From positions 2,720,001-2,784,000 of the forward strand of contig OY760142.1 of NCBI GenBank assembly GCA_963663225.1: 64,000 nt of DNA, given 5' to 3'. The notes under the pieces were generated by a model. It was not told the origin of the DNA and did no database searches. It saw only the letters and a list, made by a program, of their open reading frames with translations. How positions within the stretch are numbered: the stretch's first letter is position 1; each line of letters opens with the position of its first letter. The position numbers and the translations under genes are program-made. Source of the stretch: Nitrospirota bacterium. GTDB taxonomy: Bacteria > Nitrospirota > UBA9217. Shown here piece by piece: positions 35,421 through 45,366 of the stretch.

Positions 35421-36959
35421 ATGTCTGACAAACGGGTGGTTCTGATTGTTCTTGACGGATGGGGAATCAACGGAAATAAAGCGGGCAATGCAATCGCATC
35501 CGCTCGTATCCCGGTTTATTCACACCTTATGCAGGACTATCCGCATACTGAACTGCTGGCATCCGGCGAGGCAGTCGGCCTTCCGGACGGTCAAATGGGA
35601 AACTCAGAAGTAGGACACCTGAATCTCGGGGCTGGAAGAATCGTATATCAGGACTCTACGCGCATCAGCAAGGCGATAAAAGACGGGGACTTTTTCCAAA
35701 ACGCGGCATTGCTTTCCGCCATGGACACGGTCAAAAAATCCGGCACGTCGCTTCATATCATGGGGCTGCTGTCCGACGGAGGAGTGCACAGCAGGCTCGA
35801 TCATATTTTCGCCTTGTTTGATCTGGCAAAAGCCAGAAAACTTTCACGTGTTTTTTTTCATGCCTTTCTGGATGGCAGAGATACCCCCCCTGCGAGCGCC
35901 ATCCATTATGTAAAACAACTTGAAAATCATTTTTCTGAAACAGGCATCGGCAAAATCGCAACCGTTTCCGGCAGGTATTATGCGATGGACCGCGACAAGC
36001 GCTGGGAACGTGTTCAGAAGGCCTATGAAGCCATGGTTCTCGGTGTAGGGTCGCGTGCATACGCTGCACTGGAGGCGATTGAGCAGAGCTATGCAGAACA
36101 GCGTACGGATGAATTCATGCTCCCGGCTGTCATGCAAAAGGACGGCACAAATGCCCCGCTTGCCACGATTCAGGACCAGGACGCCGTTATTTTTTGTAAT
36201 TTTCGTTCAGACCGGGCGCGCGAAATTACCCGAACTCTTACGGATAATTCTTTTCAAGGCTTTCAACGGGCATCCGTCCCAAAGCTGTCTTCGTTTGTGT
36301 GCATGACGACGTATGATGAGAGTTTTGATCTTCCGGTGGCGTTTGCTCCGATGCGGCTGACGAACATTCTTGGAGAAGTATTGAGCACCAGCGGAATCAA
36401 ACAACTCCGCATAGCAGAGACCGAAAAGTACGCTCACGTTACTTTCTTCTTTAACGGCGGAGAAGAGCAGCCATATCCGCTGGAGGACCGCGTTCTGATC
36501 CCCTCTCCGCGTGATGTTGCCACCTATGATAAAAAACCCGAAATGAGCGCCTATCTGGTGACCGAGGAACTGGTAAAACGCATCCGATCCCAAGAATACG
36601 GTTTTATCCTGGTAAACTACGCAAATCCTGATATGGTCGGCCATACCGGCATCATGGAAGCCGCTGTCCAGGCTGTTGAAGTGATCGATGAATGTCTCGG
36701 ACGGGTACTGTCCGCTGCAAAGGAGAGCGGAGCGCAGGTGATCCTTACCGCGGACCACGGCAATATAGAAATGGAAGTGGATTATGGTACTGGTCAGCCT
36801 CATACGGCGCATACCACCGATCCAGTGCCGTGTGTTATCATGCGGGAAAATGCAATGCTCAGAAGCAGCGGCATTCTTGCGGATATAGCGCCCACCGTGC
36901 TTGACCTTATGGGAATCGCAAAACCCGCGGAGATGACGGGGAAAAGCCTTATCGCATAA
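35421..36959 (+). CDS. gpmI: 2,3-bisphosphoglycerate-independent phosphoglycerate mutase
   Basis: LDGWG, MGNSEVGH, GRYYAMDRD, AETEKYAHVT, DMVGH, TADHGN. Confidence 0.98.
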   Translation: MSDKRVVLIVLDGWGINGNKAGNAIASARIPVYSHLMQDYPHTELLASGEAVGLPDGQMGNSEVGHLNLGAGRIVYQDSTRISKAIKDGDFFQNAALLSAMDTVKKSGTSLHIMGLLSDGGVHSRLDHIFALFDLAKARKLSRVFFHAFLDGRDTPPASAIHYVKQLENHFSETGIGKIATVSGRYYAMDRDKRWERVQKAYEAMVLGVGSRAYAALEAIEQSYAEQRTDEFMLPAVMQKDGTNAPLATIQDQDAVIFCNFRSDRAREITRTLTDNSFQGFQRASVPKLSSFVCMTTYDESFDLPVAFAPMRLTNILGEVLSTSGIKQLRIAETEKYAHVTFFFNGGEEQPYPLEDRVLIPSPRDVATYDKKPEMSAYLVTEELVKRIRSQEYGFILVNYANPDMVGHTGIMEAAVQAVEVIDECLGRVLSAAKESGAQVILTADHGNIEMEVDYGTGQPHTAHTTDPVPCVIMRENAMLRSSGILADIAPTVLDLMGIAKPAEMTGKSLIA

Positions 36960-36985
36960 ACACCGCCTTCTCATTTTCTTACACT

Positions 36986-37708
36986 ATGCATCTAGCCAGA
37001 CATCTTCTCGATTTTATTCTGCCTACTTCCTGCGCATACTGCGGTTCCCGTCTTGGCGAATCTCCCATCCCATTTTTTTGCTCCTCATGCTGGGCCGACT
37101 TTACGCTGCTCCAGGGCCCTGTCTGCTGCTGTTGCGGAAAACCGTTTGAGTCGCCAGAAGCCTTGACCCACAGTCCCGACCACGAGTGCGGCGCATGCAG
37201 GCTGAAGAGGCCTTTTTTCGACCAGTCGCTGTCGGTCGGGTATTTCGAAGGATCGTTGCGTGAAGCCATTCATCAGTTCAAATATCGGCCTTGCAGGGCG
37301 CTGGGGAAACCGTTGGGACAATGGATGCGAAGCAATATCCGCCTGATTTCGGATATCGATTTGTTTATCCCGGTGCCTCTGCATGCCAAACGGCTTAAAA
37401 AAAGGGGGTTTAACCAGTCGCTCCTGCTCGCTTTGCAAATCAGTAAAGAATACAAAATTCCCATTTCCTATGATAATCTTGTACGGACAAAGCCCACCAA
37501 ACCGCAAGTGGATCTGAGCAGTGACGACCGGATAAAAAATGTTGCGGATGCATTCACGGTACAAAATTCCGCGCTGATAAAAGAAAAGAAAATCATTCTT
37601 GTGGATGATGTACTGACAACCGGTGCAACTATGAATGAATGCGCCCGCGTGCTCAAAGATGCGGGTGCAGGACAGGTCACAGCGCTTACCCTTGCTCGGG
37701 CTGTATAA
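36986..37708 (+). CDS. comF: ComF family protein (double Zn-ribbon plus PRTase)
   Basis: Four CxxC pairs, PVPLH, RGFNQS, LVDDVLTTGAT. Confidence 0.92.
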   Translation: MHLARHLLDFILPTSCAYCGSRLGESPIPFFCSSCWADFTLLQGPVCCCCGKPFESPEALTHSPDHECGACRLKRPFFDQSLSVGYFEGSLREAIHQFKYRPCRALGKPLGQWMRSNIRLISDIDLFIPVPLHAKRLKKRGFNQSLLLALQISKEYKIPISYDNLVRTKPTKPQVDLSSDDRIKNVADAFTVQNSALIKEKKIILVDDVLTTGATMNECARVLKDAGAGQVTALTLARAV

Positions 37709-37758
37709 TTGCTCAGACCTGAAAAAAGAAATATGGTATCCCTCCTGACCATGCTTTC

Positions 37759-37787
37759 TTGACAACCTGGGAAGGCTTAGGTATAGT
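37759..37787 (+). promoter_or_regulatory. Sigma70-type promoter (distal)
   Basis: TTGACA-N17-TATAGT. Confidence 0.65.
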
Positions 37788-37889
37788 TTATCAGCGAGCA
37801 GCAAGGACCCAACCCGTCTTTTTTGATCTTTAGGTTACTTGTCCGAATCGGCAACAGGGTGTTTTTTTTCATAATATGTGAATATTACC

Positions 37890-37919
37890 TTGACGGATAA
37901 ACCTCTCTATTGTTATCAT
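37890..37919 (+). promoter_or_regulatory. Sigma70-type promoter (proximal) of the envelope cluster
   Basis: TTGACG-N18-TATCAT with extended TGn. Confidence 0.55.
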
Positions 37920-38032
37920 CAATCATAATCACATACACTCAAAATATACATCCATAATTTTTTACAGGGAGGTGAAATCCGGCAATTACCAATGCTATTT
38001 CCGAACGCTTAAACTATTAAAGGAGGCATAAA

Positions 38033-38929
38033 ATGTATATACGGAGATCAATATTCAAAGTAATGCTCTCAGCAGCAATTCTTCTTGTGCTGATTGCAGG
38101 TGTCGCAGCCGCACAGCTGGCCGGTTCGGTCAAAGATGTTATGGAACCGAGCGGCACATCAGGCAAGGTGGACTGGACAACAGGCGTAGTGACCGCGGTT
38201 GGCATTGGAGCGCCTCCTGTACAGTCAGCAAATCCGGCGCAGGCGCGGGCCATGGCGGAACGGGCTGCGCAGGTTGTTGCCTATCGGAATCTGCTCGAAG
38301 CCGTGAAAGGCGTGCGTGTTGATTCAACTACGACTGTGGAAAACTTCATGGTCACAAGCGATGTTATCAAAACGCAGGTCAACGGCATCATCCAAGGGGC
38401 AACGATCATGGACAAGAAATATATGTCCGATGGCTCTGTTGAAGTGACTGTCGGCATGAAGCTTACCGGCGCCCTCGCCGACACGCTGCTTCCAAAGGGG
38501 ACGATCACTCCGCAGGCAGGGGTGGCCGGTATTCCGGTTCCTGGGATTGCGGCGCCGGAACAACCTGCTGCGTCGGCCAAGAACGGCGTTGCATATACCG
38601 GACTGATTGTGGATGCACGCGGTCTTGGAGTGAGACCTGCTATGGCCCCCAAAATATTGAATGAAGAAGGGAAGGAAGTTTACGGCTCAGCTTGGATCAA
38701 CAGAGACTGGGCGGTAAAAGAAGGAATGGTCGGATATTTGAAAGACCCGGCGGCCGCGCAGGCGAATCCCCGCGTGACGGACAAGCCGCTCTTCGTAAAA
38801 GCAGTCAAGGCAGCAGGCGATTCACGGGTCGACATGGTGATAAGCAATGCGGATGCAGCTGCACTTCATGGCGCATCGCAGAATCTGAGCATGCTTGAAA
38901 AGTGCAGGGTTATCGTGCTTGTTGATTAA
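38033..38929 (+). CDS. Secreted LPP20-family-like protein (paralog A)
   Basis: Signal peptide; VDWTTGVVTAVGIGAPP...AMAERAA..AYRNLLE..GVRVDS; C-domain YTGLIVDARGLG. Confidence 0.7.
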   Translation: MYIRRSIFKVMLSAAILLVLIAGVAAAQLAGSVKDVMEPSGTSGKVDWTTGVVTAVGIGAPPVQSANPAQARAMAERAAQVVAYRNLLEAVKGVRVDSTTTVENFMVTSDVIKTQVNGIIQGATIMDKKYMSDGSVEVTVGMKLTGALADTLLPKGTITPQAGVAGIPVPGIAAPEQPAASAKNGVAYTGLIVDARGLGVRPAMAPKILNEEGKEVYGSAWINRDWAVKEGMVGYLKDPAAAQANPRVTDKPLFVKAVKAAGDSRVDMVISNADAAALHGASQNLSMLEKCRVIVLVD

Positions 38930-38981
38930 CACGCTTTCAAAATCGAGCTGTTTCGTCAGAACACATGATAGGAGGTACGCA

Positions 38982-40154
38982 ATGCTTATACGACAGATAC
39001 GATGTCTCGTTGCGATGGCAGCGGTGCTGGCTATCGCGGTTTATGGCTGCGGTCCGAAAGCGGCTCCGTCCACGTCGGTCATGGACACGCCGGAGTATCA
39101 TTATAACCAAGGCCTTAAATATCTGGATAAAGACCAGATTGACGAATCACTGAAGGAGTTTGAACGGGCCATTGCCCTTGCCCCCAAAGCCCCGCTCGGA
39201 TATATCGGCAAAGGATTGGCCCTTGGGAAGAAGGGTGATTTTAAACAGGCTTTTGAAAACATGGAAAAAGGCAAAAGCTATGACGGAGGCATAGAGTCCC
39301 ATATCGGGATGATCCGCCTGTCCGGCATGGAGATGGCCAAGGACCAATCAAAGGTCAAGAAGCTCATGAAGCAGGCAGAAAGTGAATTTGATGACGCTCA
39401 GAAAAAGGACCCCAACAGCGCTGCACTGTATTATTATACGGGCATGTGCTATAAGACGGCCCTGGATTTCGATAAAGCAGCGGAAATGTTCAAGAAGGTC
39501 CTTGACATGAACAAGGACTTCACCGGTCAGGCCAATGCTGAATGGGCCGTGATTCAAAAGATTCAGCGTGCTGCACCGGGGACCGAAATCGGCAAGAAGA
39601 TTGCGCTCATCGACAAAATTGACAGGGCGGACGTTGCGGCGCTTTTTGATCAAGAAATGAATCTCGAAAAGCTTTTTACCAAACGTGGCGTTAAGACATA
39701 CGACACGGGCTTCAAGGCTCCTACGGAGTCATCCACACGGTTCTCGCCGGAAACTACGATTAAGATGGCCGCTGCCACGGATATTGCGGACAACTGGCTC
39801 AGACCGAGCATCGAAACCGTGCTTGGGCTGAAAATACGCGGACTTGAGGCGGGCCCCAACCATACGTTTGAACCGAATAAGATCATCACCAGAGGTGAAT
39901 TTGCCGTCATGCTCGAAGATATCCTCATTAAAGTCACCGGTGATGAGAAACTAGCCACAAAATTCATCGGGACATCTTCGCCGTTTCCCGATTTGAGAAA
40001 CGATCATTACGCGTTTAACGCCATCATGGTGGCGACAACGCGCGGTTTCCTGGAAGCGGACAAGGCAACCGGCGAGTACAAGGCAGGAGATCCTGTCTCT
40101 GGCGCCGATGCATTGCTCACCATTCGCGCTTTTAAAGACCAGCTTAAATTTTAA
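38982..40154 (+). CDS. TPR lipoprotein with C-terminal SLH-like domains
   Basis: ATG 38982 after AGGAGG; lipobox VYGC; TPRs; DIADNW...FEPNKIITRGEFA and FPDLRNDHYAFNAI...GDPVSGADA. Confidence 0.75.
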   Translation: MLIRQIRCLVAMAAVLAIAVYGCGPKAAPSTSVMDTPEYHYNQGLKYLDKDQIDESLKEFERAIALAPKAPLGYIGKGLALGKKGDFKQAFENMEKGKSYDGGIESHIGMIRLSGMEMAKDQSKVKKLMKQAESEFDDAQKKDPNSAALYYYTGMCYKTALDFDKAAEMFKKVLDMNKDFTGQANAEWAVIQKIQRAAPGTEIGKKIALIDKIDRADVAALFDQEMNLEKLFTKRGVKTYDTGFKAPTESSTRFSPETTIKMAAATDIADNWLRPSIETVLGLKIRGLEAGPNHTFEPNKIITRGEFAVMLEDILIKVTGDEKLATKFIGTSSPFPDLRNDHYAFNAIMVATTRGFLEADKATGEYKAGDPVSGADALLTIRAFKDQLKF

Positions 40155-40168
40155 CAACAGGACGGTAT

Positions 40169-40200
40169 GCCCGCTCTCCGGATAGGGGGCGGGCTTTTTT
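40169..40200 (+). terminator. Intrinsic terminator within the envelope cluster
   Basis: GCCCGCTCTC-CGGATA-GGGGGCGGGC followed by TTTTTT. Confidence 0.75.
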
Positions 40201-40204
40201 AACG

Positions 40205-41590
40205 ATGATGATCAATTTCCTCCCTGCAATTGTTCTTTCTTTTTTCATGCTGCTATGCGCCGGAAGCGCATCTGCCGGACTTACTGTGCTTGAGGGCGAG
40301 CATACGGTCGTTTATGATATTGTGAACCCGCGCGGTGTCGCATTTATTCCCGATTATTCAAATGAATCTTTCGAACAAAAGGCGGTCACCCTCGATGAAT
40401 TCAGCAAGCGGGTAACGGTGACTTCCAGAATGGGACCCATGAAGACAAGGGTTCCTTTTCCAATTTCCTCGCGCGCGCTTCCCTCATCAATTTCGCAATA
40501 TCTTCTGCCGGAGAGAGACCGAAAGTCAAATGATCCGGCCCTCATGCAACTGGCACGGGATATTACAAGAGAAAAACAATATGCCCACGAAGCTGCAAGT
40601 GCAATTCTTTCCTGGCTGGCCGATAATTTGACTTTCGACACAAGTATAACGGTCCCGAGCGACGCCGTTTCGGCAATGAGGTACAGGAGAGCGTATTGCG
40701 TCGGTTATTCCAATCTTGCGGTCGCCCTGCTTCGCGCAGCCGGTATTCCTGCCCGCGTTGCGCATGGTTATCTGCCCCCGGGGTATGAATGGGGTTTCTC
40801 CAAAGAGTACTGGGGAGTGAAAGTAAACGACGGAGGATTCCATGCATATCTGGAGATATACTATCCTGACACGGGATGGACTTTTTCGGATGCTGAACAT
40901 TCGCTGAACTTTGTGGACCCCTTTCATATAATTCTTCGTCTCGATGGCATCGACATGCCTGGAGTGTATACCGGCGGCTTTCTGGATGTGGATAAAGCAA
41001 CATTTTATACAATCGTCAAGGAAGAAGACCGTACTGTTATGGTGGATGAACTTCCTTTTCCGAAGACAAAACGGCTTGGCCGCAGAATTGATGACCGCCA
41101 GCACGCCGCGCTTGTTACCGGCAAGGTCAGCGGAAAATCAGGCCAGCCGGTTCCGAAAGGGTTCGTCGTCGTCTGGAAAGAGGGCAGAGGAACCCCGTCA
41201 CCGTTTACGGATGGCCGATATGCTGTCGCGCTTTCCGGCATCGGCAAGTACCGGATAGAATTAAAAGGTCCGGGTTTTGCCAAATCTTCTCAGGAAATTT
41301 TCGCAGAAGAAGGAAAAGTATACAGGCGAGATTTTGTTCTTCCTTTGGGAGGAGTAATCAAAGGAAAGGTTTTTAATGCTGCTGGGAAACCTGTTCAGGA
41401 CGGTGATGTGTTTTATAAAGAAGGAACTACCAGCTATGGAGTTCCTATAGAAAAAGACGGTTCCTATCGGATAGAGGGGCTTGTGCCGGGGAGCTACAAA
41501 GTTTCTGCCATGCTGGGAGATAGGGAAACGTCGAGAAGTGCACAGGTTGAAGCGGGAAAAGAGACGGTCCTTGATTTTATGGTAAAATAA
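40205..41590 (+). CDS. Secreted transglutaminase-like enzyme with two carboxypeptidase-regulatory-like domains
   Basis: Cys-His-Asp triad: YCVGYS, LLRAAGIPARVAHG, FHAYLEIY, WTFSD; GKVFNAAGKPV...DGSYRIEGLVPGSY. Confidence 0.8.
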   Translation: MMINFLPAIVLSFFMLLCAGSASAGLTVLEGEHTVVYDIVNPRGVAFIPDYSNESFEQKAVTLDEFSKRVTVTSRMGPMKTRVPFPISSRALPSSISQYLLPERDRKSNDPALMQLARDITREKQYAHEAASAILSWLADNLTFDTSITVPSDAVSAMRYRRAYCVGYSNLAVALLRAAGIPARVAHGYLPPGYEWGFSKEYWGVKVNDGGFHAYLEIYYPDTGWTFSDAEHSLNFVDPFHIILRLDGIDMPGVYTGGFLDVDKATFYTIVKEEDRTVMVDELPFPKTKRLGRRIDDRQHAALVTGKVSGKSGQPVPKGFVVVWKEGRGTPSPFTDGRYAVALSGIGKYRIELKGPGFAKSSQEIFAEEGKVYRRDFVLPLGGVIKGKVFNAAGKPVQDGDVFYKEGTTSYGVPIEKDGSYRIEGLVPGSYKVSAMLGDRETSRSAQVEAGKETVLDFMVK

Positions 41591-41662
41591 AAATATTTCA
41601 ATGTATTGAAGAAACTAGTCTGTTGTACTGCTATTCTGTATTCAGAACAGGTGAGGTGAAAA

Positions 41663-42739
41663 ATGAATAAGCGGCTAGTGGTCATATTCCTTGTTGCTCT
41701 GATGGTCTTGTCAGGGTCTGTTTTTGCCCAGATCAACGGATTAAATGATGCTGTGGAATCCACGAGCTCGGGCAAAATAAACTGGACCACCGGCGAAATT
41801 ATCGCCATAGGCATTGGTGCGCCTCCTGCTGCAACGGTAAATCCTGCCCAGGCACGAGCCATGACAGAGCGCGCTGCATACGTTGTGGCGCTCAGAAACC
41901 TGCTAGAAACGGTAAAAGGTGTCCAGGTTGATTCGGTGTCCGTGGTTGAAAACTATATGGTGCGCAGTGACGTTATAAGAACGCGTGTAGAAGGCATTGT
42001 GAAAGGAGCCCGGGTAGTCAAAAAACAGTATATGTCGGATGGCTCTGTCGAAATTCAGGTTGCCTTGCCGATGAAAGGTGCATTTTTAAATACACTGGTA
42101 CCGGAAACCTTCGGAAGACCCTTTCCAGGACAATTGCCGCCCACTGTTCCAGCACCGCCGAAACCCACTGATGTGAAGCCAGCGCCGGTACCGCCGCAGC
42201 CTGCCAAACCTCCGGTTCCTGCCGTAACGCAGGAAAAACCGGCTGAACCGACAAAGCCAGTTGTTCCTGCAACTCCCGAGAAGAAACCAGAACCACTAAA
42301 GCCGGCGGTCCCGCCCGTTATTGCGGTTCCTGACAAAAAACCGGAGCCTTCACAACCGGTTCCCTCGGCGGAAGACGCTTCGACGATTGCCTTTAAGGGT
42401 GGAACAGCGACCGGTGTGGTGCTTGACGGCAGAGGGCTTGGTCTTCGACCGGCGCTCTTACCGAGAATTCTTGATTCACAAGGACAGGAGATTTATGTCG
42501 GTCAGATTGTCACCCGCACGAACGCGGTTGAACAGGGCGTCGCCGGATATGCAAAAGAGGTGAATGCGGCCGCGAACAACTTCAGAGTAACGGATAATCC
42601 GGCGGTCATTAAAGGCGTACGATCGGCAGGGACTGCCAGAACCGACGTCGTGGTGAGTCAGGCTGACGCACAGATGCTCCGTCAATTAAGCACAAAAGGC
42701 GACTTTCTGCAGTATTGCAGGGTCATTATCGTTTATTAA
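41663..42739 (+). CDS. Secreted LPP20-family-like protein (paralog B) with long Pro-rich linker
   Basis: Both domains align with 38033..38929; about 90-aa PK/PA/PE-rich linker. Confidence 0.7.
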   Translation: MNKRLVVIFLVALMVLSGSVFAQINGLNDAVESTSSGKINWTTGEIIAIGIGAPPAATVNPAQARAMTERAAYVVALRNLLETVKGVQVDSVSVVENYMVRSDVIRTRVEGIVKGARVVKKQYMSDGSVEIQVALPMKGAFLNTLVPETFGRPFPGQLPPTVPAPPKPTDVKPAPVPPQPAKPPVPAVTQEKPAEPTKPVVPATPEKKPEPLKPAVPPVIAVPDKKPEPSQPVPSAEDASTIAFKGGTATGVVLDGRGLGLRPALLPRILDSQGQEIYVGQIVTRTNAVEQGVAGYAKEVNAAANNFRVTDNPAVIKGVRSAGTARTDVVVSQADAQMLRQLSTKGDFLQYCRVIIVY

Positions 42740-42774
42740 TGAACACGGGGTCTAGTCTGGGGAAAACATCGGTC

Positions 42775-43548
42775 ATGAGGTTTTTAGCGTATTCCGTACT
42801 GCTCGCCTTGGTGCTGCTTGTTAGCGGCTGCGTGGCTGCGCAACATCATCGCGCGCCGCTTCATTATGACGCGTCAAATCCGCTTAAAAGAGTTGCAGTC
42901 CTCCCCCTGAGGAACGATACGGCTGACGTAGACGGTCCAAACGTGGTACGAAAAAAAATGATTCAGGCTTTCATAAACAAAGCGTATACTGTGCAGGACA
43001 TGAAAGTGACTGACCAGATACTGCGGGACCGCATGGGTATCACGCTCGGCGGACAGTTGGAAATGACGACAGCAAAAGAGCTCGGAGAAACACTGGAGGT
43101 GGATGGGATTCTGTACGGGATACTCGTGGACTTCACCGAGCTGACCACGGGTGCATATAATGTGAAAAAAGTAAGGGCCGATTTCAAGCTGGTACATGCA
43201 ATTACGGGCGAGACTGTCTGGCAGCAGGGACTTGGTGTGCGAAGCGAAATTATCATGGAAGGCGATGCGGGCGTGGCCGCGGCTGTGGCCGCAAGGTCCG
43301 TGGATGCCCGCGACAAAGACATCCCGTGGATTACTATTCAAACAATCACGACCGGCACTAAAAATTACGGGGAGTCCCTTGCAATCGGTCTCGGGTCGAA
43401 ACTGCTGGCCGAAGCCGTGGGTCTGCATCTTGAACGGGAATCAACTGAACTGGCCAGGCGGGTTACAAGCAATCTTCGGTGGGGACCGGGGCCTGCGTCT
43501 GCACCCACGCCTCTGGTTATGCCACCGCATGAAACTATTCCGAAATGA
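42775..43548 (+). CDS. DUF799/GNA1162-like lipoprotein
   Basis: Lipobox VSGC from ATG 42775; VAVLPLRNDT, LGETLEVDGILYG, TGETVW. Confidence 0.65.
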   Translation: MRFLAYSVLLALVLLVSGCVAAQHHRAPLHYDASNPLKRVAVLPLRNDTADVDGPNVVRKKMIQAFINKAYTVQDMKVTDQILRDRMGITLGGQLEMTTAKELGETLEVDGILYGILVDFTELTTGAYNVKKVRADFKLVHAITGETVWQQGLGVRSEIIMEGDAGVAAAVAARSVDARDKDIPWITIQTITTGTKNYGESLAIGLGSKLLAEAVGLHLERESTELARRVTSNLRWGPGPASAPTPLVMPPHETIPK

Positions 43549-43580
43549 TTTTTTCTACGTAAATTTTGAGGAGGGTTCTG

Positions 43581-44549
43581 ATGAAACGAGCAGCATGCCT
43601 TATTTTTTTATGTGTTTCTTTCACCTTTTTTACCGTATTTTCCGCCGGATGTTCACCGAGCACATCAGGAACGGTAAAAGATGATACTACCTTGACGGGA
43701 ACCTCACGGGAGCTGCCTACAACAAGTGATGTAACGCAATATAAAGGCCCTAAACTCAGGGTAGGAGTGGTAAACTTTCAGAACAAAACGCCTTCGCGGG
43801 TTCTCGGAGTCGGCGAGGCCGCGGCAGACATTCTCGGAACAATTCTCCAGAGGACAGGCAGATTCATTGTAATTCCTCAACAGGACATGCAGGCGATCAT
43901 GGCGCAGCAGCAGCTGGGAGCGACGGGAGCGATCAATCCTGAAACCGCGGCAAAAATGGGGCAGATTATGGGGTTGAATGCCATCGTGACCGGTGCTATA
44001 ACCGCTTATTCAGAAGCTGAGGAGGGGACGCAATTCGGCATAGGAGGAAGCAAAAAACAGATTGCGAGAGTTACCGTTGACTACCGTATTGTGGACACCA
44101 CGACAGGAGTACAGTTGCTGGCCGATTCGGGCGCCGGAATTTATGAAAAGAAGGTGACCACGGTCCTCGGTATGGGGAGCAAAGCGAGCTATGACACCGA
44201 TTTGCGTGATGGTGCGCTTCGTGATGCCCTCACAAAGGCCATGGTAAATATGATGAAGCAGTTGGGCAACCGGAAGTGGAGCGGCAGGGTTGCAAAGGTT
44301 TCGGGAACCACGCTGTACATTAATGCCGGACAGAAGTCGGGGATGAATGTCGGAGATAAACTGGACGTGTATCGAGCGGGTGAAGATATTATTGATCCTG
44401 ATACAAAGTTGAAATTAGGGACCACTGAGGACCTTATTGGAAGCGCCGTGGTAATCAGAAATGATATCGGTGATGATCTCTCAATGGCACAGCCCACATC
44501 CGGATCAGGCTTTCAAAAGGGTGATGTCGTAAGACTGAGCACAAGATGA
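43581..44549 (+). CDS. CsgG/HfaB-like lipoprotein with FlgT-C-like domain
   Basis: Lipobox SAGC; RVGVVNFQNKT, TGRFIVI, TAAKMGQIMG..AIVTGAIT, YRIVDTTTG; C-terminal YINAGQKSGMNVGD..VYRAGEDIIDPDT..KLG. Confidence 0.75.
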   Translation: MKRAACLIFLCVSFTFFTVFSAGCSPSTSGTVKDDTTLTGTSRELPTTSDVTQYKGPKLRVGVVNFQNKTPSRVLGVGEAAADILGTILQRTGRFIVIPQQDMQAIMAQQQLGATGAINPETAAKMGQIMGLNAIVTGAITAYSEAEEGTQFGIGGSKKQIARVTVDYRIVDTTTGVQLLADSGAGIYEKKVTTVLGMGSKASYDTDLRDGALRDALTKAMVNMMKQLGNRKWSGRVAKVSGTTLYINAGQKSGMNVGDKLDVYRAGEDIIDPDTKLKLGTTEDLIGSAVVIRNDIGDDLSMAQPTSGSGFQKGDVVRLSTR

Positions 44550-44580
44550 TCGTCGAATATCAAACGGAAAGGACATTGTC

Positions 44581-45342
44581 ATGCGAAAATATTTCTATGG
44601 GGTAATACTGATTGCGGCTCTGACGATGTTGTCCGGTTTTTTTGCATGGGGAGCAGAAACCGCCAAAGATGATGCAATTGTGGCTATGGTACAGGGAACA
44701 GCCCGGGTGTTTGCCAAAGACACTTCGGTCGGTCGTACGTTGAAAGTGGGAGATCTGCTCAAGAAAGAAGATACTGTCAAAACTGCCAGAAAAACAAGGC
44801 TTGAAATACGTTTTCCGGACGGAACTCTCATAAGACTCGGCAAAAATTCCACGCTGAGAATGAGGGACGTTTCGTATAACAAGCAGACTGAAGCCAAAAA
44901 TATTAAAGTTAGCCTTTCAACGGGTAGACTTTGGGCAAAAGTGAAAAAGTTTACAACCACGGACTCATCGGTAGTGGTTGAAACTTCAAACGCCGTCGCA
45001 GGCGTGCGGGGCACTGTCTACCGGGTGAATGTGGAGGACGATCAGAGCGCTCTGATCAGGGTTTATGACGGGTCTGTATATGTTGCAAATCCACCGCGGG
45101 ATACATCCGGCCTGACTGCCAAACAAGTCCAAAAACCGACGGAAGTTCCAGGGCCGTATCAGGTGCCGCCGCCGTACCACGAAGTGACCATGGAGGAATG
45201 GACTGTTATCGTCCAGGCCATGCAGCAAGTCACCGTGTCTTCGCAGGGTAAAGCTTCGCAGCCGCAGAGTTTCGACCCGAAAGCTGATATGGACGACTGG
45301 GTGCTGTGGAATCAGCAGCGAGATGCATCGTCAACATTCTGA
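44581..45342 (+). CDS. Secreted FecR-domain protein
   Basis: Signal peptide; VKTARKTRLEIRFPDGTLIRLG, ETSNAVAGVRGT, VYDGSV. Confidence 0.8.
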   Translation: MRKYFYGVILIAALTMLSGFFAWGAETAKDDAIVAMVQGTARVFAKDTSVGRTLKVGDLLKKEDTVKTARKTRLEIRFPDGTLIRLGKNSTLRMRDVSYNKQTEAKNIKVSLSTGRLWAKVKKFTTTDSSVVVETSNAVAGVRGTVYRVNVEDDQSALIRVYDGSVYVANPPRDTSGLTAKQVQKPTEVPGPYQVPPPYHEVTMEEWTVIVQAMQQVTVSSQGKASQPQSFDPKADMDDWVLWNQQRDASSTF

Positions 45343-45366
45343 TTACATCATTGATCCAGATTCCAG

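Noticed and set aside
43581-44549. CsgG-like gene as a curli biogenesis locus
   Set aside because: No csgA/B/E/F-like genes or curlin repeats in the window
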